A DNA stretch of 64,000 bases from Clostridiales bacterium (GTDB taxonomy: Bacteria; Bacillota; Peptococcia; DRI-13; UBA5745), in the NCBI GenBank assembly GCA_038562165.1, contig JBCFAO010000018.1:764-64763 (forward strand), read 5' to 3'. Shown piece by piece: positions 1-7,718 of the stretch. A program made the translations under genes and the position numbers. Each line of letters opens with the position of its first letter. The stretch's first letter is position 1. The notes beneath the pieces are model-generated. The model was not told the origin of the DNA, made no database searches, and worked only from the letters and a program-made list of their open reading frames with translations.

Positions 1-8
1 ATTTTGAG

Positions 9-854
9 GTGAACGCAGTGGCGGTTAACGAAAAATACTTGCCGGATGTTGAGGCAATACTATCCCACAGGCACGATAATGGGGCGGACTTTTGGACAAC
101 CCCGGATAAACGTTTGCTGAAGGGCTCTCCCTTTTCCGCCTACAATAGCGCCCTTATGCTTTTGGAATTGGGAATGGAACCGGCAGACCCCACACTTACG
201 GAAGTAGCTGAGCTGTTTTTCAGCGCCTGGCGGGAGGACGGCCGTTTTAAGCTATACCCCCAAGGCGGCATTTTACCCTGTCATACGGCTCTTGCCGCCT
301 CTTTGCTTTGCCAAATGGGATATACTCAAGATGAACGAATCCAAAAAACCCTTCGCCAGCTGCTGGATATTCAATACCATGACGGCGGTTTACGGTGCAA
401 CAAGTTTTCTTTTGGCCGGGGCCCTGAGACGGAATATTCCAATCCCGGCCCTACCCTCACCGCCTTAAACGCTTTTCGCTTCAGCGATTATCTTAATCAA
501 GAGCCTGCTTTGGACAAGGCGGTGGATTTTTTACTGGAGCATTGGGTTGTCAGAAAGCCCCTAGGCCCCTGCCATTATGGTATTGGCACCCTTTTTATGC
601 AGGTGGAGTACCCTTTCGGCAATTATAATCTATTCCAGTATGTTTATATATTGTCTTTCTACAACTATGCCAAGAAAGACAATCGATTCAGAGAGGCCTT
701 TGAAGCCCTGCAAGCAAAACTGGCAGACGAACAAGTTGTGGTTGAACGGGTTGTCCCCAAATTAGCAAAGCTGTCCTTCTGCAAGAAAGGCCAGCCCAGT
801 CAGCTTGCCACAATGCGTTATCAAGAGATTCTTGCCAACCTTGAGCATAGCTGA
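9..854 (+). CDS. prenyltransferase/terpene-cyclase-like (alpha-alpha toroid repeat) protein
   Basis: 281-aa ORF with recurring Asp-Gly-Gly/aromatic motifs (HDNGADFW, REDGRFK, YHDGGLRC) typical of prenyltransferase/squalene-cyclase repeats. GTG at 9 or 18, with GAGGTGA at 6-12. The frame is open to the window edge, so the true start could lie upstream. Confidence 0.5.
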   Translation: MNAVAVNEKYLPDVEAILSHRHDNGADFWTTPDKRLLKGSPFSAYNSALMLLELGMEPADPTLTEVAELFFSAWREDGRFKLYPQGGILPCHTALAASLLCQMGYTQDERIQKTLRQLLDIQYHDGGLRCNKFSFGRGPETEYSNPGPTLTALNAFRFSDYLNQEPALDKAVDFLLEHWVVRKPLGPCHYGIGTLFMQVEYPFGNYNLFQYVYILSFYNYAKKDNRFREAFEALQAKLADEQVVVERVVPKLAKLSFCKKGQPSQLATMRYQEILANLEHS

Positions 855-856
855 AA

Positions 857-1611
857 TGTACAAAATTTGAGGTTTTGGGGCTGTTGTTCCTTTGGAATAG
901 TAGATTCAAACTATGCCTAACACTAAGTATAGGGAGAAATCAGTGTTCAGTAGCGTAAAACTTGAAATTTTGTGCAGTTAGCCAAGGCAAATACACATAA
1001 AAACTCATTTTTTGTACACACGGCCATAACCTGGGAAGCGACTTTTTCAGTGCCCTCTAACAAACCTGCATTTTTGCTCATTTTCCGAGGAGGCAGGGTC
1101 ACTCTGCCTTGAATCTGTCTAAAAATCTCCCAGAAGAGAAGGGCTGCCACAAATTCGGCAGCCCTTTTTACCGGCGGTTTACGATGGTTCGCGACGGTTT
1201 GCAGCGGTTCGCGACGTGGGAGTCCGCAGCTCGCCGTCCGGGACTGTGCCGGTTACAGATGAGCGGTTGCTTAATAACAGCCAGCTCTGTCAGTGGCATA
1301 TTGCCGGCCTGGCGTGGGGTCACCGCTCGGCCGCTCCTTTGGAAAACGTGCAAAATTGCAGGTTTGGGGGTGTTCACAGTAGCTAACTGAGCAAAAATGC
1401 AGGTTTAAAGTGTCTGAGCACCGTCTTTGTGTTGTGGTCAGACGATTTTTTACTGTATCTAGTGTCGCGAAAAATGAATATACCCTATTGCAATGGGACA
1501 ACGCACTTTAAACTTGAAATTTTGCACAAAAACAGCGGGACAGCAGATACAAAGTTGAAATTTTGCTCAGTTAGCTTCAGCAAACGACGACAAACCTGCA
1601 ATTTTGAACAG
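857..1611. repeat. Repeat locus A: 8 copies of the CAAAAWTKCARGTTTGT-core motif in two opposed-array units
   Basis: Forward copies at 857-877, 1348-1366 and 1382-1407. Reverse copies at 957-982, 1060-1080, 1508-1528, 1549-1575 and 1590-1611. Several copies carry the extension GCTAACTG. Spacing within arrays is 40-43 bp. Confidence 0.9.
1141..1170 (+). terminator. intrinsic terminator-like hairpin
   Basis: GGGCTGCC-acaaattc-GGCAGCCC followed by TTTTTA. It lies between the two repeat units of locus A. Confidence 0.55.
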
Positions 1612-1736
1612 TGCCGCGGCCCCTACGTTAATCATTTTTTCAGCAAGAGACTTTCTTTAATCAGCAATTCGGCAATTTGTACGGCATTAGTAGCTGCACC
1701 TTTACGCAGTTGTCTATTTTGTAATATTATATCACT

Positions 1737-1764
1737 TTTACAACCGGCCATTTTATTCTATACT
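1737..1764 (+). promoter_or_regulatory. putative sigma-A promoter of helD
   Basis: TTTACA, a 16-nt spacer, then TATACT, about 35 nt upstream of the AAGGAG RBS and the ATG at 1797. Confidence 0.4.
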
Positions 1765-1796
1765 TAAAGTATAACGCACAGCGCAAAGGAGCGGCG

Positions 1797-3878
1797 ATGT
1801 ATAACCAAAAGGAAAGTGCCGAAAAAAAGCATTTAGAAGAAGTTCAAGCTAAACTCAAAACTGCCTTGGAGCAAATCATCAAGAAAGTAGACAGCTATTT
1901 CAAAGAAATATTAGAAGCGAAACGCTATATAAACGAAAACCTGGCCCAGCTTGATTCCGCCGAAAAAGCCGCCAATAGAATGATTGTTTCCGATAGCGTT
2001 ACCCTTGGGGAAAACGCCGTAAAAGAGCGGGAGCGGCTGCAAAAGCTGCTGCAATCGCCTTACTTCGGGAGAATCGATTTTGACAGCGCAAAAGGAGCAA
2101 AGGCTGAAGTATTCTATATCGGCATACATGGCTTTGCCGAGCCGCTGACTTCTCACCCCATCATTTTTGACTGGCGGGCCCCCGTCTCAAGCATGTTTTA
2201 TGATTTTGAGGTGGGTCCGGCCTTCTATGTGGCCCCCATGGGCAAAATCGACGGTGTGCTGACCTTGAAGCGTCAATATCGGATCAGGCAAGGTCAAATG
2301 GAGTATATGCTGGAAAACTCCTTAAATATTGGCGATGAAATTCTCCAAAAAGAATTGAGCCGGAATTCCGGCGATAAAATGAAAAACATTGTGGCCACAA
2401 TCCAAAGAGAGCAAAATGCCGTCATTAGAAATGAAGAGGCAAACGTATTAATTATTCAAGGAGCGGCCGGTTCCGGCAAAACCTCCATAGCCTTGCATCG
2501 GGTGGCTTTCTTATTATATCGCAACAAGGATACGCTGACCTCAAAAAACATTCTGATTTTTTCTCCCAATAAAGTGTTCGGCAACTACATCGCCAATGTT
2601 CTGCCTGAATTGGGAGAGGAACATATAGAGGAAATCGGTGTTGACGACATAGCCTCAAGCATGCTGGGTAAGAAGTATCGCTACCAAACCTTCTTTGAAC
2701 AAGTAGAAAGCTTATTAGATGGCGGCAATGCCGAAGCAATTGCCAGAATCCAATTTAAAGCAACGAATCACTTTGTCGAAGTACTGCATAGGTATTTGGA
2801 ATACATTGACGAAAATGGCTTTACTCCCGCTGATTTTCGATTGGGCAACTTCCATGTCTCCAAAGAAAAGCTGTTTTCTGTCTACCGTTCCCTCAAAAAG
2901 CTACCCATTAAAAAGCGGTTGCGAAAAATGGCAGAGGATTTAATCGAAAAACATCAAAGCGCCACAAACACAAAAATAGCCGCCGCCTTTTGCCGTCAAA
3001 TAAGAGACGCGATACAAAACATGTTCCAATTTGCCGATAGTTTTACGGTATATCAAAATTTCTACCGCTTCATCGGCCAAGATCACTTATTTCAGCTTAT
3101 CCGCAAAAATACTTTTGAATTCTGTGATGTTTACCCTTTCATCTATGTAAAAATCTATGTAGACGGAGCAGAACAGGATTTCAAAAATATCCGGCACTTG
3201 CTGGTGGATGAAATGCAGGATTATACGCCTATTCAATATGCAGTTTTATCGAAGCTGTTTTCCTGCAAAATGACTATTCTGGGGGACAGCTACCAAAGCG
3301 TAAACCCTTATAGCTCCTCCTCCGCAGAAAAGATTCGCCCTTATTTCGGCGGCTGCCACTGTATGGAATTGTCCAGGAGTTATCGTTCAACTCTTGAGAT
3401 TGTGGAATTTACCCAAAGAATATTAAAGAATGAAAAGTTGCTGCCTATGGAAAGGCATGGGGATATTCCAACAGTAACCATATGCCAAACCCCAAAAGAG
3501 CATATGGATAAAATAAAGCTGCTGCTTGAGCAATTCCACCAATCTCAATATGTCTCCTTAGGCGTCATCTGCAAATCCCAGAAACAGGCGAAGCTGCTTT
3601 TTGAAGAACTACACACCTTAGGCAACGTATTTTTGTTGAGTTCTGCGGGCAGCGAGTTTCGCAATGGTATTGTCATTACTTCCGTCCACATGTCGAAAGG
3701 CCTGGAATTTGACCAGGTGATTATTCCCGACGCCTCTGAAGAGCTTTATCAAACTTCCTTAGACCGCAGCCTGCTCTATATTGCCTGTACCAGGGCCATG
3801 CACAAATTAGATTTAACTTGTTGGGGACGGCAGACAAAGTTTATGGATTCGGCTAATCAGGCCATAATCTGCCAGTAG
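1797..3878 (+). CDS. helD: HelD-type UvrD-like helicase (helicase IV / RNA polymerase recycling factor)
   Basis: 693 aa. N-terminal coiled region, then FGRIDF..FYIGIHG..DWRAPVSSMFY. Walker A GAAGSGKTS, motif II LLVDEMQDY, and C-terminal SVHMSKGLEFD and YIACTRAMH. Confidence 0.8.
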   Translation: MYNQKESAEKKHLEEVQAKLKTALEQIIKKVDSYFKEILEAKRYINENLAQLDSAEKAANRMIVSDSVTLGENAVKERERLQKLLQSPYFGRIDFDSAKGAKAEVFYIGIHGFAEPLTSHPIIFDWRAPVSSMFYDFEVGPAFYVAPMGKIDGVLTLKRQYRIRQGQMEYMLENSLNIGDEILQKELSRNSGDKMKNIVATIQREQNAVIRNEEANVLIIQGAAGSGKTSIALHRVAFLLYRNKDTLTSKNILIFSPNKVFGNYIANVLPELGEEHIEEIGVDDIASSMLGKKYRYQTFFEQVESLLDGGNAEAIARIQFKATNHFVEVLHRYLEYIDENGFTPADFRLGNFHVSKEKLFSVYRSLKKLPIKKRLRKMAEDLIEKHQSATNTKIAAAFCRQIRDAIQNMFQFADSFTVYQNFYRFIGQDHLFQLIRKNTFEFCDVYPFIYVKIYVDGAEQDFKNIRHLLVDEMQDYTPIQYAVLSKLFSCKMTILGDSYQSVNPYSSSSAEKIRPYFGGCHCMELSRSYRSTLEIVEFTQRILKNEKLLPMERHGDIPTVTICQTPKEHMDKIKLLLEQFHQSQYVSLGVICKSQKQAKLLFEELHTLGNVFLLSSAGSEFRNGIVITSVHMSKGLEFDQVIIPDASEELYQTSLDRSLLYIACTRAMHKLDLTCWGRQTKFMDSANQAIICQ

Positions 3879-4797
3879 CATATTCCTTGCCGGATTTAGC
3901 CTCCCGCACTTTTACCACATCATCGTCGTTAAGATTGCCAAAAAGCAACGGTCCTGTTTCATGGTGGGCCGCCATATTGCGGGCAACGGTTTTTGCACTA
4001 TAGTTAGCATAGCAGTAAAGGCAGCGGTTTGCACAGGTATCATAAGCCCCGATATCTATGCTGGCAATACAGCCGCATTCCCGGCGCTGGTTAGGGTCTT
4101 TTGTTATCTTGAGATTATATCCTGACAAACGCTCCAGCCTCGCTTGCTCGATACAGCGGGCAGGCATAATGTCAAATTTCCTCAAATCCATTTCCTCCGC
4201 ACAAGTGTCGATATAAAGTCCTTCATTCCTTGCAATAGCAGAGAATTGCTCCATTAATTCTTCTTTTTCTTCCATAGATGGTTTCACGATACCCAGGGGC
4301 GAAATATTTCGCTCCGTTTTTTTGTAAAAATCCAAAAAGCTCACCGTGCACTTTTCGGTGTACCCCGCCAGCTTTGACGCCAATAGCTTGAAATATTTAA
4401 GATGATAGGCCATGGAATACTTCTCACTGAAAAAAATCGGATCGTAACGCCAAACTACTTTATCCTTGCCAATTTCTTGGGACAGCCGCTGAAAGGCAGG
4501 GATGATAACGTCGTTTTTTGCGGGCACATTGGGCTCCGCATCTATGCCATAGGCATTTAACGTAAATTGAAAGTAATAGGTATAGTCTTTAAGCTCTTCA
4601 AGCCTATTCAGCATAGGCAAAGGGTTTTTGGTCCAAAACACAATACCGTCCACCACATCCGGCAAAAGGCTGATTCGGCCAACCTGATGGGAGTTCATGG
4701 GATTGCGGACAAGCACATAACCTTCCTTCAGGCGGTTAAAGAACCAGCCGGAATAATACGCCGGGATATCCGTACGCCTGCTTGCACTTATAATCAT
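3853..4797 (-). CDS. DUF1848 family protein (radical-SAM-clan-like, C-terminal Cys cluster)
   Basis: MIISASRRTDIPAYYSGWFFNRLKEGYV..WRYDPI..NQRRECGCIASIDIGAYDTCANRCLYCYAN. I chose the start at internal Met 28 (4797), which has GTGAGGA 7 nt upstream; the long ORF reaches 4878. The 3' end overlaps helD convergently by 26 bp. Confidence 0.7.
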   Translation of the reverse strand: MIISASRRTDIPAYYSGWFFNRLKEGYVLVRNPMNSHQVGRISLLPDVVDGIVFWTKNPLPMLNRLEELKDYTYYFQFTLNAYGIDAEPNVPAKNDVIIPAFQRLSQEIGKDKVVWRYDPIFFSEKYSMAYHLKYFKLLASKLAGYTEKCTVSFLDFYKKTERNISPLGIVKPSMEEKEELMEQFSAIARNEGLYIDTCAEEMDLRKFDIMPARCIEQARLERLSGYNLKITKDPNQRRECGCIASIDIGAYDTCANRCLYCYANYSAKTVARNMAAHHETGPLLFGNLNDDDVVKVREAKSGKEYATGRLWPD

Positions 4798-4875
4798 GCC
4801 GAATTCCTCACTTCCCATCCTCCTGCCATAACATTTTAACATGGCTCCGGCGAAAGTAAAACTTAGCAATGGCAA

Positions 4876-4897
4876 CAAAAAAGGCTCCGAAGAGCCT
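4876..4897 (-). terminator. intrinsic terminator after bofA
   Basis: On the minus strand, AGGCTC-ttcg-GAGCCT followed by TTTTTT. Confidence 0.7.
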
Positions 4898-4946
4898 CAA
4901 TCCTCAAAAAACCGTTCTTTTCCCAAATAGCAATTATTCTTCTAAA

Positions 4947-5216
4947 TCATAAAAACAGAAAGGATAATACGGAAAGCAGCCCCAGACCCGGAGCCCCCAG
5001 AACGCCAACACCGATAACTGTCACCGGGTTCATGGGCAGGTGAAAGCCGGCAAAATTGCCAACTAAATTAAGAATACATAAAACGCCTAAAGCCAGGGCA
5101 CAGTTTACCACTACCCGGCTGACGGTCTTCATTGGCCCCATGACCATCCTGGTCAGCACCATCAGGATCATCAGCAACACCATTCCGGCTATAATTACAC
5201 CAATTTCAACCATCAT
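4947..5216 (-). CDS. bofA: pro-sigma-K processing inhibitor BofA
   Basis: 89-aa two-TM protein. The C-terminal ..GFHLPMNPVTVIGVGVLGAPGLGLL.. resembles B. subtilis BofA, and the synteny position downstream of recR-yaaL fits. Confidence 0.75.
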   Translation of the reverse strand: MMVEIGVIIAGMVLLMILMVLTRMVMGPMKTVSRVVVNCALALGVLCILNLVGNFAGFHLPMNPVTVIGVGVLGAPGLGLLSVLSFLFL

Positions 5217-5523
5217 AAGGCGTCCCTCCGTTTCGCAGATTTTTTTCCTTAGCTAATTTAATAAAATAATCATACCGTTTCTCTGCCGCATTTAATGTAA
5301 AAATAGCGTTGTCCACCATATCCGGCTCCACCGCCTGGTGAAAAAACCTCCAGGCCTCCTCCCAGCCCGTCCGCGCCTGCTGGGTTAAGGTATATATGTC
5401 AAGCAAATCAACAACATCCTTATTTTTTTCTATGCCGCTGCCAGCTTCGCTATCAACACTGACCCTAAATTTGGCTTTAGCCCCCTCTTTAAGCCTTTCC
5501 ATCTGGCTCATTAAGCTGATCAT
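5206..5523 (-). CDS. yaaL: YaaL family protein (DUF2508)
   Basis: 105 aa with W..A...F....PD.VD.AI....AAE.RY.Y..K.AK. Sits in the conserved slot between recR and bofA. Confidence 0.7.
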   Translation of the reverse strand: MISLMSQMERLKEGAKAKFRVSVDSEAGSGIEKNKDVVDLLDIYTLTQQARTGWEEAWRFFHQAVEPDMVDNAIFTLNAAEKRYDYFIKLAKEKNLRNGGTPYDG

Positions 5524-5587
5524 TTCTGGCCCTTCCTTTCCGGATCATCTTCCATCTCGTCTTATGGAAATTATATCCATGCAGGGA

Positions 5588-5617
5588 CAAAAAAATACCC
5601 GATATAAGCTATCGGGT
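5588..5617. terminator. bidirectional intrinsic terminator after recR
   Basis: ACCCGATA-taagc-TATCGGGT flanked by an A-run (5588-5596) and a T-rich run. Confidence 0.75.
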
Positions 5618-5653
5618 TAAATTTTTCTGAATTTAATACTCTAGTCACTTGTT

Positions 5654-6271
5654 CTAGTCAATGGTGCGCCGGCCCTCCAGGGCTTGGGCCAACGTAGCGG
5701 CGTCGGCGTGTTCCAAATTGCCGCCCACGGGGATTCCGTGGGCTATCCTGGTAGCCTTGATCCCCAAGGGTTTCAAAAGCCTGGCTAAATATAACGCCGT
5801 GGTCTCCCCTTCCACATCAGGATTGGTGGCGAGAATTACTTCCTTTATTTTGCTGCCTTCTTCACCCTCAAAACGGGCCAGAAGCTCCTTGATTTTTAGA
5901 TCTTCCGGCTGCCGCCCCTCCATAGGCGAGATAGAGCCGTGGAGCACATGGTAAAGCCCCCGGTAATCCCGGGCCCGCTCAATGGAAAATACGTCGGTAG
6001 TCTCTTCTACCACGCAAATCACCTGCCGGTCTCGCGTCTCGTCCCGGCAGACCTGGCAGGGGGTAATGTCCGTCAGAGAAAAACACACGGGACAGAGGGT
6101 CATAGTTTCTTTAGCGTTGACCAGAGCCTGGCTGAAAGCCTTGACTTCTCCCTCGGATAAGGACAACACAAAAAAGGCCAGGCGCTGGGCAGTCTTAGGA
6201 CCAATCCCCGGCAGCTTGCCGAACTGCTCCATCAATTCCTGCATCACCGGGGCATGAAATAAACCTGTCAT
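5654..6271 (-). CDS. recR: recombination protein RecR
   Basis: HhH motif KLPGIGPKTAQRLAF, Cys4 zinc finger CPVC..CQVC, and a Toprim region. The start ATG overlaps the ybaB stop. Confidence 0.95.
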   Translation of the reverse strand: MTGLFHAPVMQELMEQFGKLPGIGPKTAQRLAFFVLSLSEGEVKAFSQALVNAKETMTLCPVCFSLTDITPCQVCRDETRDRQVICVVEETTDVFSIERARDYRGLYHVLHGSISPMEGRQPEDLKIKELLARFEGEEGSKIKEVILATNPDVEGETTALYLARLLKPLGIKATRIAHGIPVGGNLEHADAATLAQALEGRRTID

Positions 6272-6588
6272 TAAAAGAGCCCCGGAACCTTCACATTACC
6301 GGTGATCTTACCCATTTCTGCCGCCGCTTTATCCTGGGACTGCCGGGAGGCTTCGTTAAAGGCCACAATCAGCAGATCCTGGAGCATTTCGATTTCCTCC
6401 GGGTCCAAAAGCTCGGGATCGATGGTCAGCTCTTTAACCTCCTGTTTGCAACTCATTACACAGCGAACGGCGCCGCCGCCGGCGGTGGCCTCTACCGTCA
6501 TATCCGCCAATTCATCCTGGAGCTTGGCCATATCGGCCTGCATTTTTTGCATCTGTTTCATTAGTTTTTGGGGATTACCAAAGCCCAT
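6271..6588 (-). CDS. ybaB: YbaB/EbfC family nucleoid-associated protein
   Basis: 105 aa, MGFGNPQKLMKQMQKMQADM..VEATAGGGAVRCVMSCKQEV. Lies in the dnaX-ybaB-recR synteny block. Confidence 0.9.
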   Translation of the reverse strand: MGFGNPQKLMKQMQKMQADMAKLQDELADMTVEATAGGGAVRCVMSCKQEVKELTIDPELLDPEEIEMLQDLLIVAFNEASRQSQDKAAAEMGKITGNVKVPGLF

Positions 6589-6594
6589 GTTTTA

Positions 6595-6756
6595 TTACCT
6601 CCTCGATTTTCTTCTATCGTCCTTCGATATTAAGGATTTGTGGTTTAGCAGATAATAGGTCTGAAAATACTTGCCATCCATGTCTACATGTCCCATACCC
6701 TGATGGCGGTAATTACCGGACAGCCAGCGCCTAAAGCCCTGCAACAATTTAGCCAT
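6595..6756 (-). CDS. hypothetical small protein (53 aa), possibly translationally coupled to ybaB
   Basis: Not in the supplied ORF track because it is shorter than 60 aa. AGGAGGTG lies 7 nt upstream of the ATG at 6756. Product: MAKLLQGFRRWLSGNYRHQGMGHVDMDGKYFQTYYLLNHKSLISKDDRRKSRR. Its last codons, AGG AGG TAA, form the ybaB Shine-Dalgarno. Confidence 0.3.
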   Translation of the reverse strand: MAKLLQGFRRWLSGNYRHQGMGHVDMDGKYFQTYYLLNHKSLISKDDRRKSRR

Positions 6757-6809
6757 GGCAAACACCTCCTATAAAACCGAACCACCCAACAGCAACTACA
6801 ATTCGCCTC

Positions 6810-6838
6810 ATTATAACGCCTCGGTGGAAAAATTTCGA
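6810..6838 (-). promoter_or_regulatory. sigma-A-type promoter module (TCGAAA-N17-TATAAT)
   Basis: Minus strand reads cTCGAAAtttttccaccgaggcgtTATAATgaggcg. Upstream of the small ORF and ybaB-recR. Confidence 0.55.
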
Positions 6839-6935
6839 GTGTAGAACTTTTTCTTTCCTCTGTGTGTTTCAATGAGGCGAAGGCAAGTGATGATTGAGAA
6901 AACGCAATGGTACAGAGAATGCTACTATCCGCCTC

Positions 6936-6964
6936 ATTATAACGCCTCAAAAGAAAAAGTTCAA
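6936..6964 (-). promoter_or_regulatory. second, duplicated promoter module (TTGAAC-N17-TATAAT)
   Basis: Shares the 19-bp block GAGGCGTTATAATGAGGCG with the module at 6810-6838. The -35 element overlaps the stop codon of the phosphatase gene. Confidence 0.5.
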
Positions 6965-7689
6965 TCGCAGATACGAAGCTGCAATTTCAGCTTATCCTCT
7001 TCCGCCAGACCCAGGCAAGCCAGATACGCATGGATCCCGCCAACCTCTTCGATGTAGTCCAGCACTGTCTCAATATATTCTCTGTCCGACCGGGCTAACC
7101 CTACCGGATAATGGCCCAGCATCCGGCGGGCCTTGGGACTTTGTTTTAAATAAGTGTAGGTGGTCTCATAATTAGCGGCAATATCTCCCCGGGGCACCCC
7201 CGCTATGCTTAGAAGTAGAGCGGCTAAAATCCCCGTTCTGTCTTTGCCCGCCGAACAGTGAAACAGCACACAGCCTTCCCGGGATTTTGCCATTTGGGAA
7301 AGTATTTGCCGGAGGGACTCGCCTTGGATACCCAGAATATCCAGGTAAAACTTACAGATAAATTTGGCCGTATCCTCCACCTGCATCTTTGTCACATCGT
7401 CCACATCATCCAACCCTAACGGCATATGATAGTAGTCTACCGCCCCTACCTGGGCAAAAGGGTCCGGATGAGCGCTGCATTCACTATGGCTGCGCAAGTC
7501 GATAACGGTTCTTACACCATAATCCAACAAAAAGCCAATCTCTTCTTCTGTCAGCAAGGACAGGTCATCCCCCCGCAAGAAAGCCCGCCATTTAGTAACA
7601 GAACCTCCTGCGCAAAGGTGTCCTCCCAAATCTCTGACATTGTCCGCATTCTTTAAAGGCAGACGTACGTAATATTTATCCGCATCCAT
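6961..7689 (-). CDS. protein-tyrosine phosphatase (Y_phosphatase3-like)
   Basis: 242 aa with the CX5R active-site signature HCSAGKDRTG. Confidence 0.75.
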   Translation of the reverse strand: MDADKYYVRLPLKNADNVRDLGGHLCAGGSVTKWRAFLRGDDLSLLTEEEIGFLLDYGVRTVIDLRSHSECSAHPDPFAQVGAVDYYHMPLGLDDVDDVTKMQVEDTAKFICKFYLDILGIQGESLRQILSQMAKSREGCVLFHCSAGKDRTGILAALLLSIAGVPRGDIAANYETTYTYLKQSPKARRMLGHYPVGLARSDREYIETVLDYIEEVGGIHAYLACLGLAEEDKLKLQLRICD

Positions 7690-7718
7690 TCTTTATCTCC
7701 CTGATTCTTTATCTTTTA

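Noticed and set aside
857-1611. Reading the family motif as a sigma-54 (-24/-12) or ECF-sigma promoter
   Set aside because: The spacing does not fit. TGCA to TGCA is 8 nt, against 12 nt for GG-N10-GC. A GCAAAA...CGT spacing of about 12 nt is too short for ECF (16-17 nt).
1429-1767. 112-aa ORF, plus ORFs 947-1150, 1109-1390, 1168-1377, 1271-1501, 55794-56081, 56111-56311, 22071-22310 and 22111-22407
   Set aside because: They lie entirely in the repeat loci. Their conserved peptide bits are translations of the DNA motif in whichever frame happens to be open. They have no RBS and contain terminator hairpins.
6684-6950. 88-aa minus-strand ORF between ybaB and the phosphatase gene
   Set aside because: It spans the two duplicated promoter modules and has no RBS. 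Its sequence repeats RRYNEA because of the duplicated DNA block. The short RBS-preceded ORF at 6595-6756 is the better candidate.
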